DNA from: an uncultured Actinomycetes bacterium
GTDB taxonomy: Bacteria > Actinomycetota > Actinomycetes > S36-B12
Reading direction: 5' to 3'
Length of the DNA stretch: 31,475 bases
Assembly (NCBI GenBank): GCA_903848435.1
Contig: CAINGG010000200.1
Coordinates: 1 to 31,475, forward strand
Part shown: piece by piece, positions 19,626 to 27,999 of the stretch
Layout: every line of letters starts with the position of its first letter
Numbering within the stretch: the stretch's first letter is position 1
Program-made: the position numbers and the translations under genes
Notes under the pieces: generated by a model
Told to the model about the DNA's origin: nothing
What the model saw: only the letters and a program-made list of their open reading frames with translations
Databases searched by the model: none

Positions 19626-20495
19626 CTACTTTCGCTCGTCGGGAGCGGAGTCGTCCGCATGCTTGGCACGCACGACCGCCTCGTAGACATCGCGCCGCTG
19701 GACTCCGTGACGCTCAGCCACATGCGTGATGGACGCCTTGCGGTCCTCGCCGTCCGCGATGAGCGCGGCGACCTCCTCGGCCCAGTCCGCCGGCGTGCCG
19801 AGGACCTGCCCTGCCGGCGCTCCACCGATCACGAGCGTGATCTCGCCGCGCGTACCCTCGGCACTGTGTGCGAGCTCGCCGAGGGGCGCGCGCCGCACCT
19901 CCTCGTAGGTCTTGGTCAGCTCGCGGCAGATCGCTCCGGGTCGATCCGCGCCGAACGCCGCGACCATGTCGGCGAGCACGTCGACCAGACGATGCGGAGC
20001 TTCGAAGAACACCATGGTGCGCTTCTCGCCTTCGAGCTCGGCCAGCCGCCGACGGCGCTCGCCGGCGCGCCGCGGCAGGAAGCCCTCGAAGCAGAATCGG
20101 TCGACCGGAAGTCCCGACAGCACCAGGGCGGTGAGGACGGCACTAGGACCTGGGAGCACCGTCACCGGCACGCCCTCGTCGATAGCGAGGCGCACGATCC
20201 GAAACCCCGGATCGCTCACCGCGGGCATGCCGGCGTCCGTCACCACGAGCACTCGACATCCGGCTCGAAGATCGTCCAGCAATGCCGCTGATCGGGTCCG
20301 CTCGACGGAGTCGTGGAGTGACACCACGCGGCCCCGAATGGTCACATCGAGGTCATGACCGAGGCGGCGCAGCCTTCGGGTGTCCTCCGCCGCGACAACG
20401 TCGGCCCGTGCGAGTTCCTCGCGCAGGCGGGGGGAGGCATCGCCGGGATGACCCAGGGGCGTGGCCCCGAGCACGAGGATCCCGTGACCGCTCAC
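19626..20495 (-). CDS. rsmI: 16S rRNA C1402 2'-O-methyltransferase (about 289 aa; start GTG 20495 or 20501)
   Basis: ATPLGHPGD, AEDTRR, VTDAGMPAVSDPG, PGPSA, FEGFLPR, FEAPHR, RELTKTYEE. Confidence 0.97.
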   Translation of the reverse strand: MSGHGILVLGATPLGHPGDASPRLREELARADVVAAEDTRRLRRLGHDLDVTIRGRVVSLHDSVERTRSAALLDDLRAGCRVLVVTDAGMPAVSDPGFRIVRLAIDEGVPVTVLPGPSAVLTALVLSGLPVDRFCFEGFLPRRAGERRRRLAELEGEKRTMVFFEAPHRLVDVLADMVAAFGADRPGAICRELTKTYEEVRRAPLGELAHSAEGTRGEITLVIGGAPAGQVLGTPADWAEEVAALIADGEDRKASITHVAERHGVQRRDVYEAVVRAKHADDSAPDERK

Positions 20496-20531
20496 CGACA
20501 CATCCTCGCAGCCCGCACCTACCATGTCGGG

Positions 20532-22100
20532 ATGGCCGCAGGGACGCAGCAGGCACCGCTCCGCCGTCCCGCGCCGACGGCCGCTCTGGCCGCATCCCTC
20601 TTCACGCCACTTCCATCGACCGGCTGGCGAGGCTGGATCGGGCCCATCGTGGTGGCATTCATCGGTGGCGTCCTGCGCTTCACCAACCTCGGCCGCCCCG
20701 ACGCCTTCGCCTTCGACGAGGTCTACTACGCCAAGGACGGCCTAGCGCTTCTGCGCTTCGGCTACGAGCAGCAGTTCGATGACAGTGCCAACGATCTCAT
20801 CCTGGCGTCCGATGGCAATTGGCGCACGATCGAGGTTTTCAAGGCCGACCCGTCGTTTGTCGTGCACCCACCCTTCGGCAAGTGGGTGATCGCCGGCGGT
20901 GAGTTCCTCTTCGGTGTCACGCCCTTCGGGTGGCGCTTCGCCGTCGCGGTGCTGGGCACCTTCGCCGTGCTGATGACCGCACGTATCGCCCGTCGACTGA
21001 CTCGGTCGGATCTCGTCGGCGTCGTCGCCGGGCTCCTGCTGGCCCTCGACGGCATGCACCTGGTGACGAGTCGCACGGCCGTGCTCGACATGGTCCTGTC
21101 GTTCATGGTGCTTGTTGCGTTCGGATGCCTCCTGCTCGATCGCGATCACGTGCGCCGACGATGGTCCCTGCGACCCCTGCCGCCCCCCGGGGAATGGGGG
21201 CCGCGACTCGGGTCGCGTCCGTGGCGATGGGCAGCCGGCATCGCCCTCGGACTTGCCTGCGCCGTCAAGTGGTCCGGCCTGTGGTACGTCGCGGCCTTCG
21301 GTCTCCTCACCGTCATCTGGGATGTCGGCCTGCGCCGACGCCTCGGGGTGACGAACCCGTGGACGGCCACGCTGCTGCGCAGCGCGCCACCGGCGGCCTT
21401 GGCGATCGTCGGGTCCGCGGTGGTCGTCTACGTCGTGTCGTGGAGCGGCTGGTTGATCACGGATGGGGGCTGGGGCCGGCAGTGGGCCGATGGTGATCCG
21501 TCGTGGATCCCGGCAGGGCTGCGATCACTGTGGCACTACCACGCCGAGGCATGGCGATTCCACGTCGGACTGGAGTCGGACCACTCCTACCAGTCCAACC
21601 CCATGAGCTGGTTCATGCAGACACGGCCCACGTCGTTCTATTGGAACAGCGCTGACAACGGCACCGGCACCTGCGGAGCGGACACGTGCGTATCCGAGGT
21701 GCTCGCGCTCGGCAACCCCGTGGTGTGGTGGTTCGGGTCCGTCGCGCTCCTGTGGCAGGCATGGCGTTGGATCGCGCGCCGCGACTGGCGCTCGGGCGCA
21801 CTCCTCCTGGCCGTCCTCGCCGGGTGGGTGCCGTGGCTGCTCTACCTGGATCGCACCATCTTCACGTTCTACTCCGTGGTCTTCGTCCCCTACATCGCCA
21901 TCTCTTTGGCGATGGCGGTCGCGGCCATGCTCGGGCCCGCTGACGCGCCCCCCGAACGGCGCCGGTGGGGAGCCATCGGCGCGGGTGGCGTGGTGATGCT
22001 CGCCGTCATCCTGGCCTGGTGGTTCTACCCCATCTGGACAGGCGAGACCCTCCCCTACGCCCAATGGCAGTGGCGGATGTGGATGCCCACCTGGGTCTAG
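20532..22100 (+). CDS. pmt: Protein O-mannosyltransferase (Pmt/Rv1002c-like, GT39; 522 aa; start ATG 20532, leaderless)
   Basis: FDEVYY, VHPPFGKW, SRTAVLD, VKWSG, HSYQSNP, ALGNP, WMPTW; -10 TACCAT ends 6 nt before the ATG. Confidence 0.93.
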   Translation: MAAGTQQAPLRRPAPTAALAASLFTPLPSTGWRGWIGPIVVAFIGGVLRFTNLGRPDAFAFDEVYYAKDGLALLRFGYEQQFDDSANDLILASDGNWRTIEVFKADPSFVVHPPFGKWVIAGGEFLFGVTPFGWRFAVAVLGTFAVLMTARIARRLTRSDLVGVVAGLLLALDGMHLVTSRTAVLDMVLSFMVLVAFGCLLLDRDHVRRRWSLRPLPPPGEWGPRLGSRPWRWAAGIALGLACAVKWSGLWYVAAFGLLTVIWDVGLRRRLGVTNPWTATLLRSAPPAALAIVGSAVVVYVVSWSGWLITDGGWGRQWADGDPSWIPAGLRSLWHYHAEAWRFHVGLESDHSYQSNPMSWFMQTRPTSFYWNSADNGTGTCGADTCVSEVLALGNPVVWWFGSVALLWQAWRWIARRDWRSGALLLAVLAGWVPWLLYLDRTIFTFYSVVFVPYIAISLAMAVAAMLGPADAPPERRRWGAIGAGGVVMLAVILAWWFYPIWTGETLPYAQWQWRMWMPTWV

Positions 22101-22113
22101 TGCCCGGGTCGAT

Positions 22114-22608
22114 CTAGCGTTCGGGGCAGTCCTCGAGCGTGCCCTCGGGCACCAGGCAGAGGCCGTAATCGATGACCGTCTTGCCGTAGGAATAGGGAGT
22201 GCTGTCGTCCAGGTAGCCGGTCGCCGCGGGCATCACCATGCGAATGCGCGTGGTCTGCATCTCGCCCAGGATCGTCGGGGCGATCGAGATGACAGTGCGA
22301 TAGGGGTGCGTCTTCTCGCAGCTCTTGGCGACGCGTGCGCTGATCCTGATGTCCGGGTTCTTCACCCAACCCAGGGCGGTCTTCTGCCGGACGTAGGTGC
22401 GCGGTGATGCGGGATACTTCCAGCACTCGACGATCTCGGCCTTGACGACGGGCTCGACGAAGTCCGTGCACGAGTACGTCGAGTCCTGCAAGCCCTCCTC
22501 CCACTGGCAGACCGCCAGTGGCGCAGCCTGGGCGGCGGAGGCCATGGGCCAGGCAAGCGCGGTGGCAGCCCCGACGAGCAGGGCGACAGCGGGACGGACG
22601 AGGGACAT
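22114..22608 (-). CDS. Hypothetical secreted protein with six Cys (164 aa; start ATG 22608)
   Basis: GAAGGA RBS; signal-peptide-like N-terminus (R, hydrophobic run, AQA-A); codon usage consistent with coding; family not recognised. Confidence 0.75.
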   Translation of the reverse strand: MSLVRPAVALLVGAATALAWPMASAAQAAPLAVCQWEEGLQDSTYSCTDFVEPVVKAEIVECWKYPASPRTYVRQKTALGWVKNPDIRISARVAKSCEKTHPYRTVISIAPTILGEMQTTRIRMVMPAATGYLDDSTPYSYGKTVIDYGLCLVPEGTLEDCPER

Positions 22609-22621
22609 CAGGGTTCCTTCG

Positions 22622-22642
22622 GATCGGGACCCGATCACGCTA
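22622..22642 (-). promoter_or_regulatory. -10 TAGCGT (22642-22637) followed immediately by perfect palindrome GATCGGG-N-CCCGATC (22622-22636)
   Basis: Read directly; lies between the tRNA-Ala terminator and the RBS of the hypothetical gene. Confidence 0.55.
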
Positions 22643-22688
22643 CGCGAGCGACCCGCGACGCGTCGACCCGAGTTGGCCCGTGGCGCTC

Positions 22689-22721
22689 AAAAGCCCGGGA
22701 TTCCGAGGGGAATCCCGGGCT
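22689..22721 (-). terminator. Rho-independent terminator of tRNA-Ala
   Basis: Perfect 13-bp stem AGCCCGGGATTCC / GGAATCCCGGGCT with a 4-nt loop, ending in TTTT on the minus strand. Confidence 0.9.
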
Positions 22722-22724
22722 GAG

Positions 22725-22798
22725 TGGAGCTGAGGGGATTTGAACCCCTGACCCCCTCGATGCGAACGAGGTGCGCTACCGGACTGCGCTACAGCCCC
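22725..22798 (-). tRNA. tRNA-Ala (anticodon CGC), CCA not encoded
   Basis: GGGGCTG-TA-GCGC-AGTCCGGTA-GCGC-A-CCTCG-TT-CGC-AT-CGAGG-GGGTC-AGGGG-TTCAAAT-CCCCT-CAGCTCC-A; G3:U70 present; -10 TAGGCT at 22818-22813. Confidence 0.97.
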
Positions 22799-22840
22799 GA
22801 TGACAGACGCGGAGCCTATCAGCCGCTGCGCCCGTGGCGA

Positions 22841-23356
22841 TCACGCCGTCTGGTCGAAGACCTCGTCCCAGCGCGCAGTCTGCGGGACCGCTGGCTGCAC
22901 CGGCCGGCGTGGCTCGGCATCGACATCAGGAGTTGACGGCACGGGCCTCATGCGCTGGCGTTGACGACGAGCCTCGCGTGATGCGGTCGAACGCTCAAGG
23001 GCGCGCTGCGACTCGGTGCGCACGCGCACGCGATGCGCGATGACCACACCCGCGGCGAACACGACGAGCAAGAGGATGGCAGCGCTCACCCACCATCCGC
23101 TCACGTAGCCCAGGGCCCATGCTCCCGCGGTTGCGGCGACAAGGGTCGCCAGTGCGCCCAGGACGATCGTGCGCCGCCGGGCAGCGAGTGCGGACGCTGG
23201 ACGATCATCAGTCTCCGGCATGCGCGCCAGGGCACCCATCGCGGTGCGGTGGCGCTCGATGCGGCGCGCCTGGTCATCGTCATGGCGACGCAGCCACATG
23301 GGAATGAGAACCGCGGCCCACAGGGCGACGATGGCGACGTACAGAAGGCCCGTCAC
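22841..23356 (-). CDS. sepX: SepX/GlpR-family divisome membrane protein, compact form (171 aa; start GTG 23356)
   Basis: N-terminal TM LLYVAIVALWAAVLIPMWLRRHD, basic ARRR-T.VL followed by two more TMs; conserved position between the GNAT gene and tRNA-Ala; -10 TAGCGT 7 nt upstream. Confidence 0.75.
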   Translation of the reverse strand: MTGLLYVAIVALWAAVLIPMWLRRHDDDQARRIERHRTAMGALARMPETDDRPASALAARRRTIVLGALATLVAATAGAWALGYVSGWWVSAAILLLVVFAAGVVIAHRVRVRTESQRALERSTASREARRQRQRMRPVPSTPDVDAEPRRPVQPAVPQTARWDEVFDQTA

Positions 23357-23429
23357 GAGTGGGACGCTATGCGTCACTCCTGCCACATCCGGGTAATGAC
23401 GCCCCGAGGGACGTTCGTGTCGCGGCGGG

Positions 23430-24038
23430 CTAGCCGCCGGCCGAGACCCGCTGCTGGCGCCAGCGCGCGAGCAGACCCCCGGGCACCTCATCGGCACACA
23501 GGGCGTAGGTCGAGTGATCGCGCCAGTCGCCATCGATGTGGAGGTAGCGCAGCCGCATGCCCTCAAAGCGGAAACCGAGCTTCTCGACGACGCGCAAGGA
23601 GGCGGCATTCTCGGGGCGGATGTTGATCTCGATCCGGTGCAGGCCGACGGCCGTGAAGCAGTGATCGGTCGCCATGGCCACCGCAGTCGGCATGACTCCC
23701 CTTCCGGCGTATCGCTGGTCGATCCAGTAGCCGATGTAGCCGCTGAGCAGCGAGCCGCGCGCGATGCCACCCACCGTGACCTGCCCGATGAACGTGCCTT
23801 CAAAGGTCAGCGCGAAGGGAAGCGAGCGACCCTCGCGCGCTTCCGCGCGTGCCCGACGCACCATCGCGCCATAGGTGTGGGGTACGTCGCGATCATTCAG
23901 GGGCACGGTCGCCTCCCAGGGCCGAAGCCATGAGGCATTGCGCGTGCGAACGTCGCGCCACGCCGTCGCATCGCGCATGCGCAGCGGGCGCAGGCCGACC
24001 GGGCCCTCCTGCAGTCGCGCCGGCCATCCCGCCGTCAC
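23430..24038 (-). CDS. rimJ: GNAT N-acetyltransferase, RimJ/Rv0995-like
   Basis: WLRPWEAT, GYIGYWID, GLHRIEINIRPENAASLRVVEKLGFRFEG, IDGDWRDH. Confidence 0.88.
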   Translation of the reverse strand: MTAGWPARLQEGPVGLRPLRMRDATAWRDVRTRNASWLRPWEATVPLNDRDVPHTYGAMVRRARAEAREGRSLPFALTFEGTFIGQVTVGGIARGSLLSGYIGYWIDQRYAGRGVMPTAVAMATDHCFTAVGLHRIEINIRPENAASLRVVEKLGFRFEGMRLRYLHIDGDWRDHSTYALCADEVPGGLLARWRQQRVSAGG

Positions 24039-24520
24039 GACGGCCTCGTCCAGTGGCCCCGGCGACCGCCGGTCTTCTCGATGAGCCTCACATCGGTGAT
24101 GACCGCGGCCGGGTCGACCGCCTTGACCATGTCGATCAACGCCAAGGCGGCCACGGACACGCTGGTGAGCGCCTCCATCTCCACTCCCGTGCGATCAGCG
24201 GTGCGCACGGTTGCCTCAATGGCGACGTGGTCGTCGTGGACCGCGAGTTCGACCGTGACGCCGTGGATGGCGAGGGGGTGGCACAGCGGAACGAGGTCGG
24301 GAGTGCGCTTGGCCGCCTGGATGCCGGCGATGCGCGCGACGGCGAGGGCGTCGCCCTTGGGCACCCCTGCCCCGCGCAGCAGTCCGACGACCTCGGCCGA
24401 CACCAGCACTCGCCCCGCGGCGGTCGCCGTACGGACCGTGACGTCCTTATCGGACACATCAACCATGCGCGCGGCGCCCGTGTCGTCCAGGTGCGTGAAG
24501 CCGTCGGTCATCTGGGCCAT
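24035..24520 (-). CDS. moaC: Cyclic pyranopterin monophosphate synthase MoaC (start 24520 or 24511)
   Basis: FTHLD..GAARMVDVSDK, KGDAL, AAKRTPDLVPLCHP, TGVEMEAL, DMVKAVD, KTGG. Confidence 0.97.
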   Translation of the reverse strand: MAQMTDGFTHLDDTGAARMVDVSDKDVTVRTATAAGRVLVSAEVVGLLRGAGVPKGDALAVARIAGIQAAKRTPDLVPLCHPLAIHGVTVELAVHDDHVAIEATVRTADRTGVEMEALTSVSVAALALIDMVKAVDPAAVITDVRLIEKTGGRRGHWTRPS

Positions 24521-24522
24521 CC

Positions 24523-25737
24523 TCAGTCGTCGGGCGACAGGTCGATGAGTTCGAGCCGATCACCCTGCTCGATGCGCGTGACCTCGGGTGGGATCACCGC
24601 CAGGGCCTGCGCACGCGCGAGCCCTCCGAGGATATGCGAGCCCTGCGCGCCTTCGGGCAAAGCGGTCACGCCCTCGTCATCGGCCTCGACCGTGACTCGC
24701 GCGAACTGCGTCTTGCCCGCCGGCGACGTGAAGGCCCGCCCGCACCGGGCATCGATGCGTGCTCGATCGACCCAGGAGCAGCCCCGCATGCGCCGGATCA
24801 GCGGTCGCGCGAAGACCTCGAACGATACGTAGGCACTGACTGGATTGCCGGGCAGCGTGATGATGGGCGTCGCCCCCACGCGACCCAGGCCCTGCGGCAT
24901 GCCGGGCTGCATGGCGACCTTGACGAACTCCACGCTCCCCGTCTGCGACAGCACGGCCTTGACAGTGTCGTAGGCACCCATGCTCACCCCGCCGGTGGAG
25001 ATGATCAGGTCGGACCTTTGCGCCTCGAGCTCGAGCGCCGCGCGCAGAGCGGCCTCGTCGTCGCGCACCGGCCCGGCACGATGCGGGATGCCGCCTGCTT
25101 CGGTGACCGCGGCCATGAGCATGAAGGAATTCGAGTCGGCGATGCGGCCCTCCTCGAGGGGCTGGCCCGGCTCCACGAGCTCGTCGCCGGTCGAGAGCAC
25201 GGCCACGCGCGGACGCGGATGCACCAGGACATCCCCGCGACCCGCGGCCGCGAGCAGCGCGATCTGCCTCGACGTGACAATGGTGCCGGCCGGCACCAGC
25301 GGGTCGCCCTCGCGGACATCCTCGCCCCGCAGGCGCACGTGCGCTCCGGCATCCGGGGCGCGCGAGACCGACACCACCTCGATACCGCCATCGGTCCATT
25401 CGACGGGCACCACCGCATCAGCTCCCGCGGGAATGCGCGCGCCGGTCATGATGCGCACGGCACTCCCTGGCTCTACGGCACGACTCGGCAGGTGACCGGC
25501 AGCGACGTCGTCGATGACGCGCAGCGACACGGGCGACTGCTCCGCGGCCCCCTCGAGGTCGACCGCTCGCACGGCGTAGCCGTCCATGGAGGTGTTGTCG
25601 AACGACGGCAGCGGCCACGCTGCGGTGACCTCCTCGGCGAGGACGCAACCCAGGGCCTCGAGCAGCGGCACGCGAACCGGGGTCAGGGCAGCGCCGAGCG
25701 CGAGGGCCGCGCTGCGGTGCTCGTCGACGGTGCGCAC
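24523..25737 (-). CDS. glp: MoeA-family molybdotransferase, gephyrin-like Glp clade (404 aa; start GTG 25737)
   Basis: FDNTSMDGYAV, RIMTGA, STGDEL, DSNS, GGVSMGAYD, LPGNPVS, GSH; galU-glp-moaC-GNAT-sepX synteny. Confidence 0.92.
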   Translation of the reverse strand: MRTVDEHRSAALALGAALTPVRVPLLEALGCVLAEEVTAAWPLPSFDNTSMDGYAVRAVDLEGAAEQSPVSLRVIDDVAAGHLPSRAVEPGSAVRIMTGARIPAGADAVVPVEWTDGGIEVVSVSRAPDAGAHVRLRGEDVREGDPLVPAGTIVTSRQIALLAAAGRGDVLVHPRPRVAVLSTGDELVEPGQPLEEGRIADSNSFMLMAAVTEAGGIPHRAGPVRDDEAALRAALELEAQRSDLIISTGGVSMGAYDTVKAVLSQTGSVEFVKVAMQPGMPQGLGRVGATPIITLPGNPVSAYVSFEVFARPLIRRMRGCSWVDRARIDARCGRAFTSPAGKTQFARVTVEADDEGVTALPEGAQGSHILGGLARAQALAVIPPEVTRIEQGDRLELIDLSPDD

Positions 25738-25739
25738 GC

Positions 25740-26633
25740 CTACGGGCCTTCGGAGTCGAGCACCGTCGGAAGCCATGCGCGAAGGGCGGGGCCGAGGTCG
25801 TCGCGGTCGAGCGCGAGCAGGATGTTGGCCTGCAGGTAGGACAGGCGATCACCGGTGTCGTAGCGACGGCCGTCGAACAGCACTCCGCTGACTCCCCCGC
25901 CCTCGGCGACCGGCATTCGCGCCAGCTCGCGCAGCGCGTCGGTCAACTGGATCTCGCCGCCGCGACCTGGCCGGGTGCGCGCGAGTACGGCGAAGACCGC
26001 GGGGTCGAGGACATAGCGACCGATGACGGCGAGGTTGCTCGGCGCCTCCTCGACAGCAGGCTTCTCGATGAGATCGGTGACGGCAAGCACGTCGTGCGTG
26101 TCGGTCGGCTGGACCGCCGCGCACCCGTAGAGGGAGATCTGATCGGACGGCACCTCCATGAGGCACAGCACCGAGCCGCCGCGCTGCTCGCGCACGGCGA
26201 TCATGCGCGCAAGTACGGGATCGCGCGGATCGATGAGGTCGTCACCGAGGAGCACAGCGAAGGGCTCATTGCCCACGTGACGCTCGGCGACGAGCACGGC
26301 GTGCCCCAGGCCGAGCGGGTCACCCTGCCGGACGTAGTGGATGTTGGCCAGGTCATTGGATGCCGCGACGAGATCGAGTCGATCCTGGTCCCCCTTCGCC
26401 TCGAGGGCCGCCTCCAACTCGACGTTGCGGTCGAAGTGGTCCTCGAGCGGGCGCTTGCTGCGGCCGGTGATAACGAGGATGTCGTCGAGCCCGGCGCCGA
26501 CGGCTTCCTCGACGACGTATTGGATCGAGGGCTTGTCGACGATGGGCAGCATCTCCTTGGGAGTGGCCTTGGTCGCCGGGAGGAATCGCGTGCCGAGGCC
26601 CGCCGCCGGGATCACCGCTTTGGACACGCGCAC
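25740..26633 (-). CDS. galU: UTP--glucose-1-phosphate uridylyltransferase (about 297 aa; start probably GTG 26633)
   Basis: KAVIPAAGLGTRFLPATKATPKEMLP, RQGDPLGLGHAV, LGDD, GRYVL, GGEIQLTDA, YDTG. Confidence 0.98.
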   Translation of the reverse strand: MRVSKAVIPAAGLGTRFLPATKATPKEMLPIVDKPSIQYVVEEAVGAGLDDILVITGRSKRPLEDHFDRNVELEAALEAKGDQDRLDLVAASNDLANIHYVRQGDPLGLGHAVLVAERHVGNEPFAVLLGDDLIDPRDPVLARMIAVREQRGGSVLCLMEVPSDQISLYGCAAVQPTDTHDVLAVTDLIEKPAVEEAPSNLAVIGRYVLDPAVFAVLARTRPGRGGEIQLTDALRELARMPVAEGGGVSGVLFDGRRYDTGDRLSYLQANILLALDRDDLGPALRAWLPTVLDSEGP

Positions 26634-26658
26634 CCCCACACCCTAGGAGAATGGGGCG

Positions 26659-27228
26659 GTGTCGTCAGCCGAGGCCAAGGAGATGCTGCGATCCCTCGTG
26701 CGCGCGGCCCGGCGGCAGGGGCCCGGCGCCGATGCGCAGGCACTGGCGGCTCAGTGCCTGGCCTTCGTCGAGGGACTCACGGGGCCGATGCGCGTGACCT
26801 GCTACGCCTCCTACGGCACCGAGCCCGGCACGGCACCACTGCTGCGGGGCTTGGCCGATCGCGGCTTCGAGGTGCTGGTGCCGCGCGTGGTGGGCGATGA
26901 CCTCGAGTGGGCGCTCCACGGCGGTGCTACCGCCGTATCGCCCATCGGCATCGAGGAGCCCGTCGGCGACAGCGTGCCGCTGATGCCGCTGCGCGCGATG
27001 CTGATTCCCGCTCTCGCGACCGGCGTCGATGGGGCGCGCCTGGGCAAGGGCGGCGGCTACTACGACCGGGTGCTGGACTCACTGCCCGACGAGCATCGTC
27101 CGGTGCTGGCCGCCATCGTGCGCGACGAGGATGTCCTGCCGGCCGGGACGGTGCCGAGCGAGGCACACGACCAGCGCGTGGACGTCATCATCACGCCCAC
27201 GCGCGTCATCGAGTGTTCTAGCGACTGA
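26659..27228 (+). CDS. 5-formyltetrahydrofolate cyclo-ligase
   Basis: YASYGTEP, VLVPRV, GIEEP, RLGKGGGYYDR, EAHDQRVD; divergent from galU as is usual. Confidence 0.93.
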   Translation: MSSAEAKEMLRSLVRAARRQGPGADAQALAAQCLAFVEGLTGPMRVTCYASYGTEPGTAPLLRGLADRGFEVLVPRVVGDDLEWALHGGATAVSPIGIEEPVGDSVPLMPLRAMLIPALATGVDGARLGKGGGYYDRVLDSLPDEHRPVLAAIVRDEDVLPAGTVPSEAHDQRVDVIITPTRVIECSSD

Positions 27229-27583
27229 ACACGGTCAGCCCGAGGGCTAGCCCGGCGGCGACCGCAGCCACGCAGGCCGCGACGGAGGCAATCACGTTGA
27301 CGACCGCGGTTCCGCGCCGGCCTTCCCGAGCCAGCACGAGCGTGTCGAGTGAGAACGTCGAAAAGGTCGTCAAGGAGCCGCAGAAGCCGACGCCCATGAG
27401 CAGCAGCAGCGGGGACTCCGATGATCCTGCCGCGAGGAAACCCAGCAGGAAGGACCCCGAGACATTCGCAATGAAGGTGGCAAACGGGAAACGAGGAGTG
27501 CGCCAGTGGGCGAGCAGGAAGCGACCCATCGCACCCACGGCTCCGCCGAGGGCGACCATGGCCACGAGGTACAGCTGAGTCAC
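27218..27583 (-). CDS. crcB: Fluoride channel Fluc/CrcB, subunit 2 (121 aa; start GTG 27583)
   Basis: GGAVGAMGRF, FPFATFIANVSGSFLLG, GFCGSLTTFSTF; GTG overlaps the TGA of the upstream paralog. Confidence 0.92.
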   Translation of the reverse strand: MTQLYLVAMVALGGAVGAMGRFLLAHWRTPRFPFATFIANVSGSFLLGFLAAGSSESPLLLLMGVGFCGSLTTFSTFSLDTLVLAREGRRGTAVVNVIASVAACVAAVAAGLALGLTVFSR

Positions 27584-27996
27584 GCCTCTGCCCGCCGACC
27601 GCGCAATGCGCCACCGACCTCGAAGCCGGCCCACAGCGACACAAGGGAGCCTCCCAGTGATGCCACGAGGTAGGCGACGCCCAGCAGCACCGAGCCCTCG
27701 ACGGTCACCAAGACGACGTCAAGGGCGAAGGCCGAGAAGGTCGTGAACCCGCCGAGAACTCCCACGGCGAGGAAGGGACGCCACAGACTCCCCTCACCCA
27801 CGTGGGCCAGGACGTAGGAAGCGAGGAGGCCCATCAATAGGCACCCCACCACGTTGACGCACAAAGTGGCATAGGCAAAGGACAGGTCGACTACCGCAAA
27901 GGCGACATCGACCCCCCATCGGGCCAGCGCGCCGAGGGCGCCGCCGACGGCTACCGCCGCGAAGGCGTGGACGCGCGGCGGGTCGTGCGCGGTCAT
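27580..27996 (-). CDS. crcB: Fluoride channel Fluc/CrcB, subunit 1
   Basis: GGALGALARW, TLCVNVVGCLLMG, GVLGGFTTFSAF. Confidence 0.92.
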   Translation of the reverse strand: MTAHDPPRVHAFAAVAVGGALGALARWGVDVAFAVVDLSFAYATLCVNVVGCLLMGLLASYVLAHVGEGSLWRPFLAVGVLGGFTTFSAFALDVVLVTVEGSVLLGVAYLVASLGGSLVSLWAGFEVGGALRGRRAEA

Positions 27997-27999
27997 GGA

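Noticed and set aside
22100-22800. Integrative element at tRNA-Ala (or at tRNA-Gln)
   Set aside because: No integrase or transposase, and I saw no duplicated tRNA 3' end (att site) in the window; only a single small accessory gene follows.
23417-23421. GACAC (WhiA-type motif) about 60 bp upstream of sepX
   Set aside because: A 5-mer is expected by chance at this GC content; consistent with known Streptomyces regulation but not evidence by itself.
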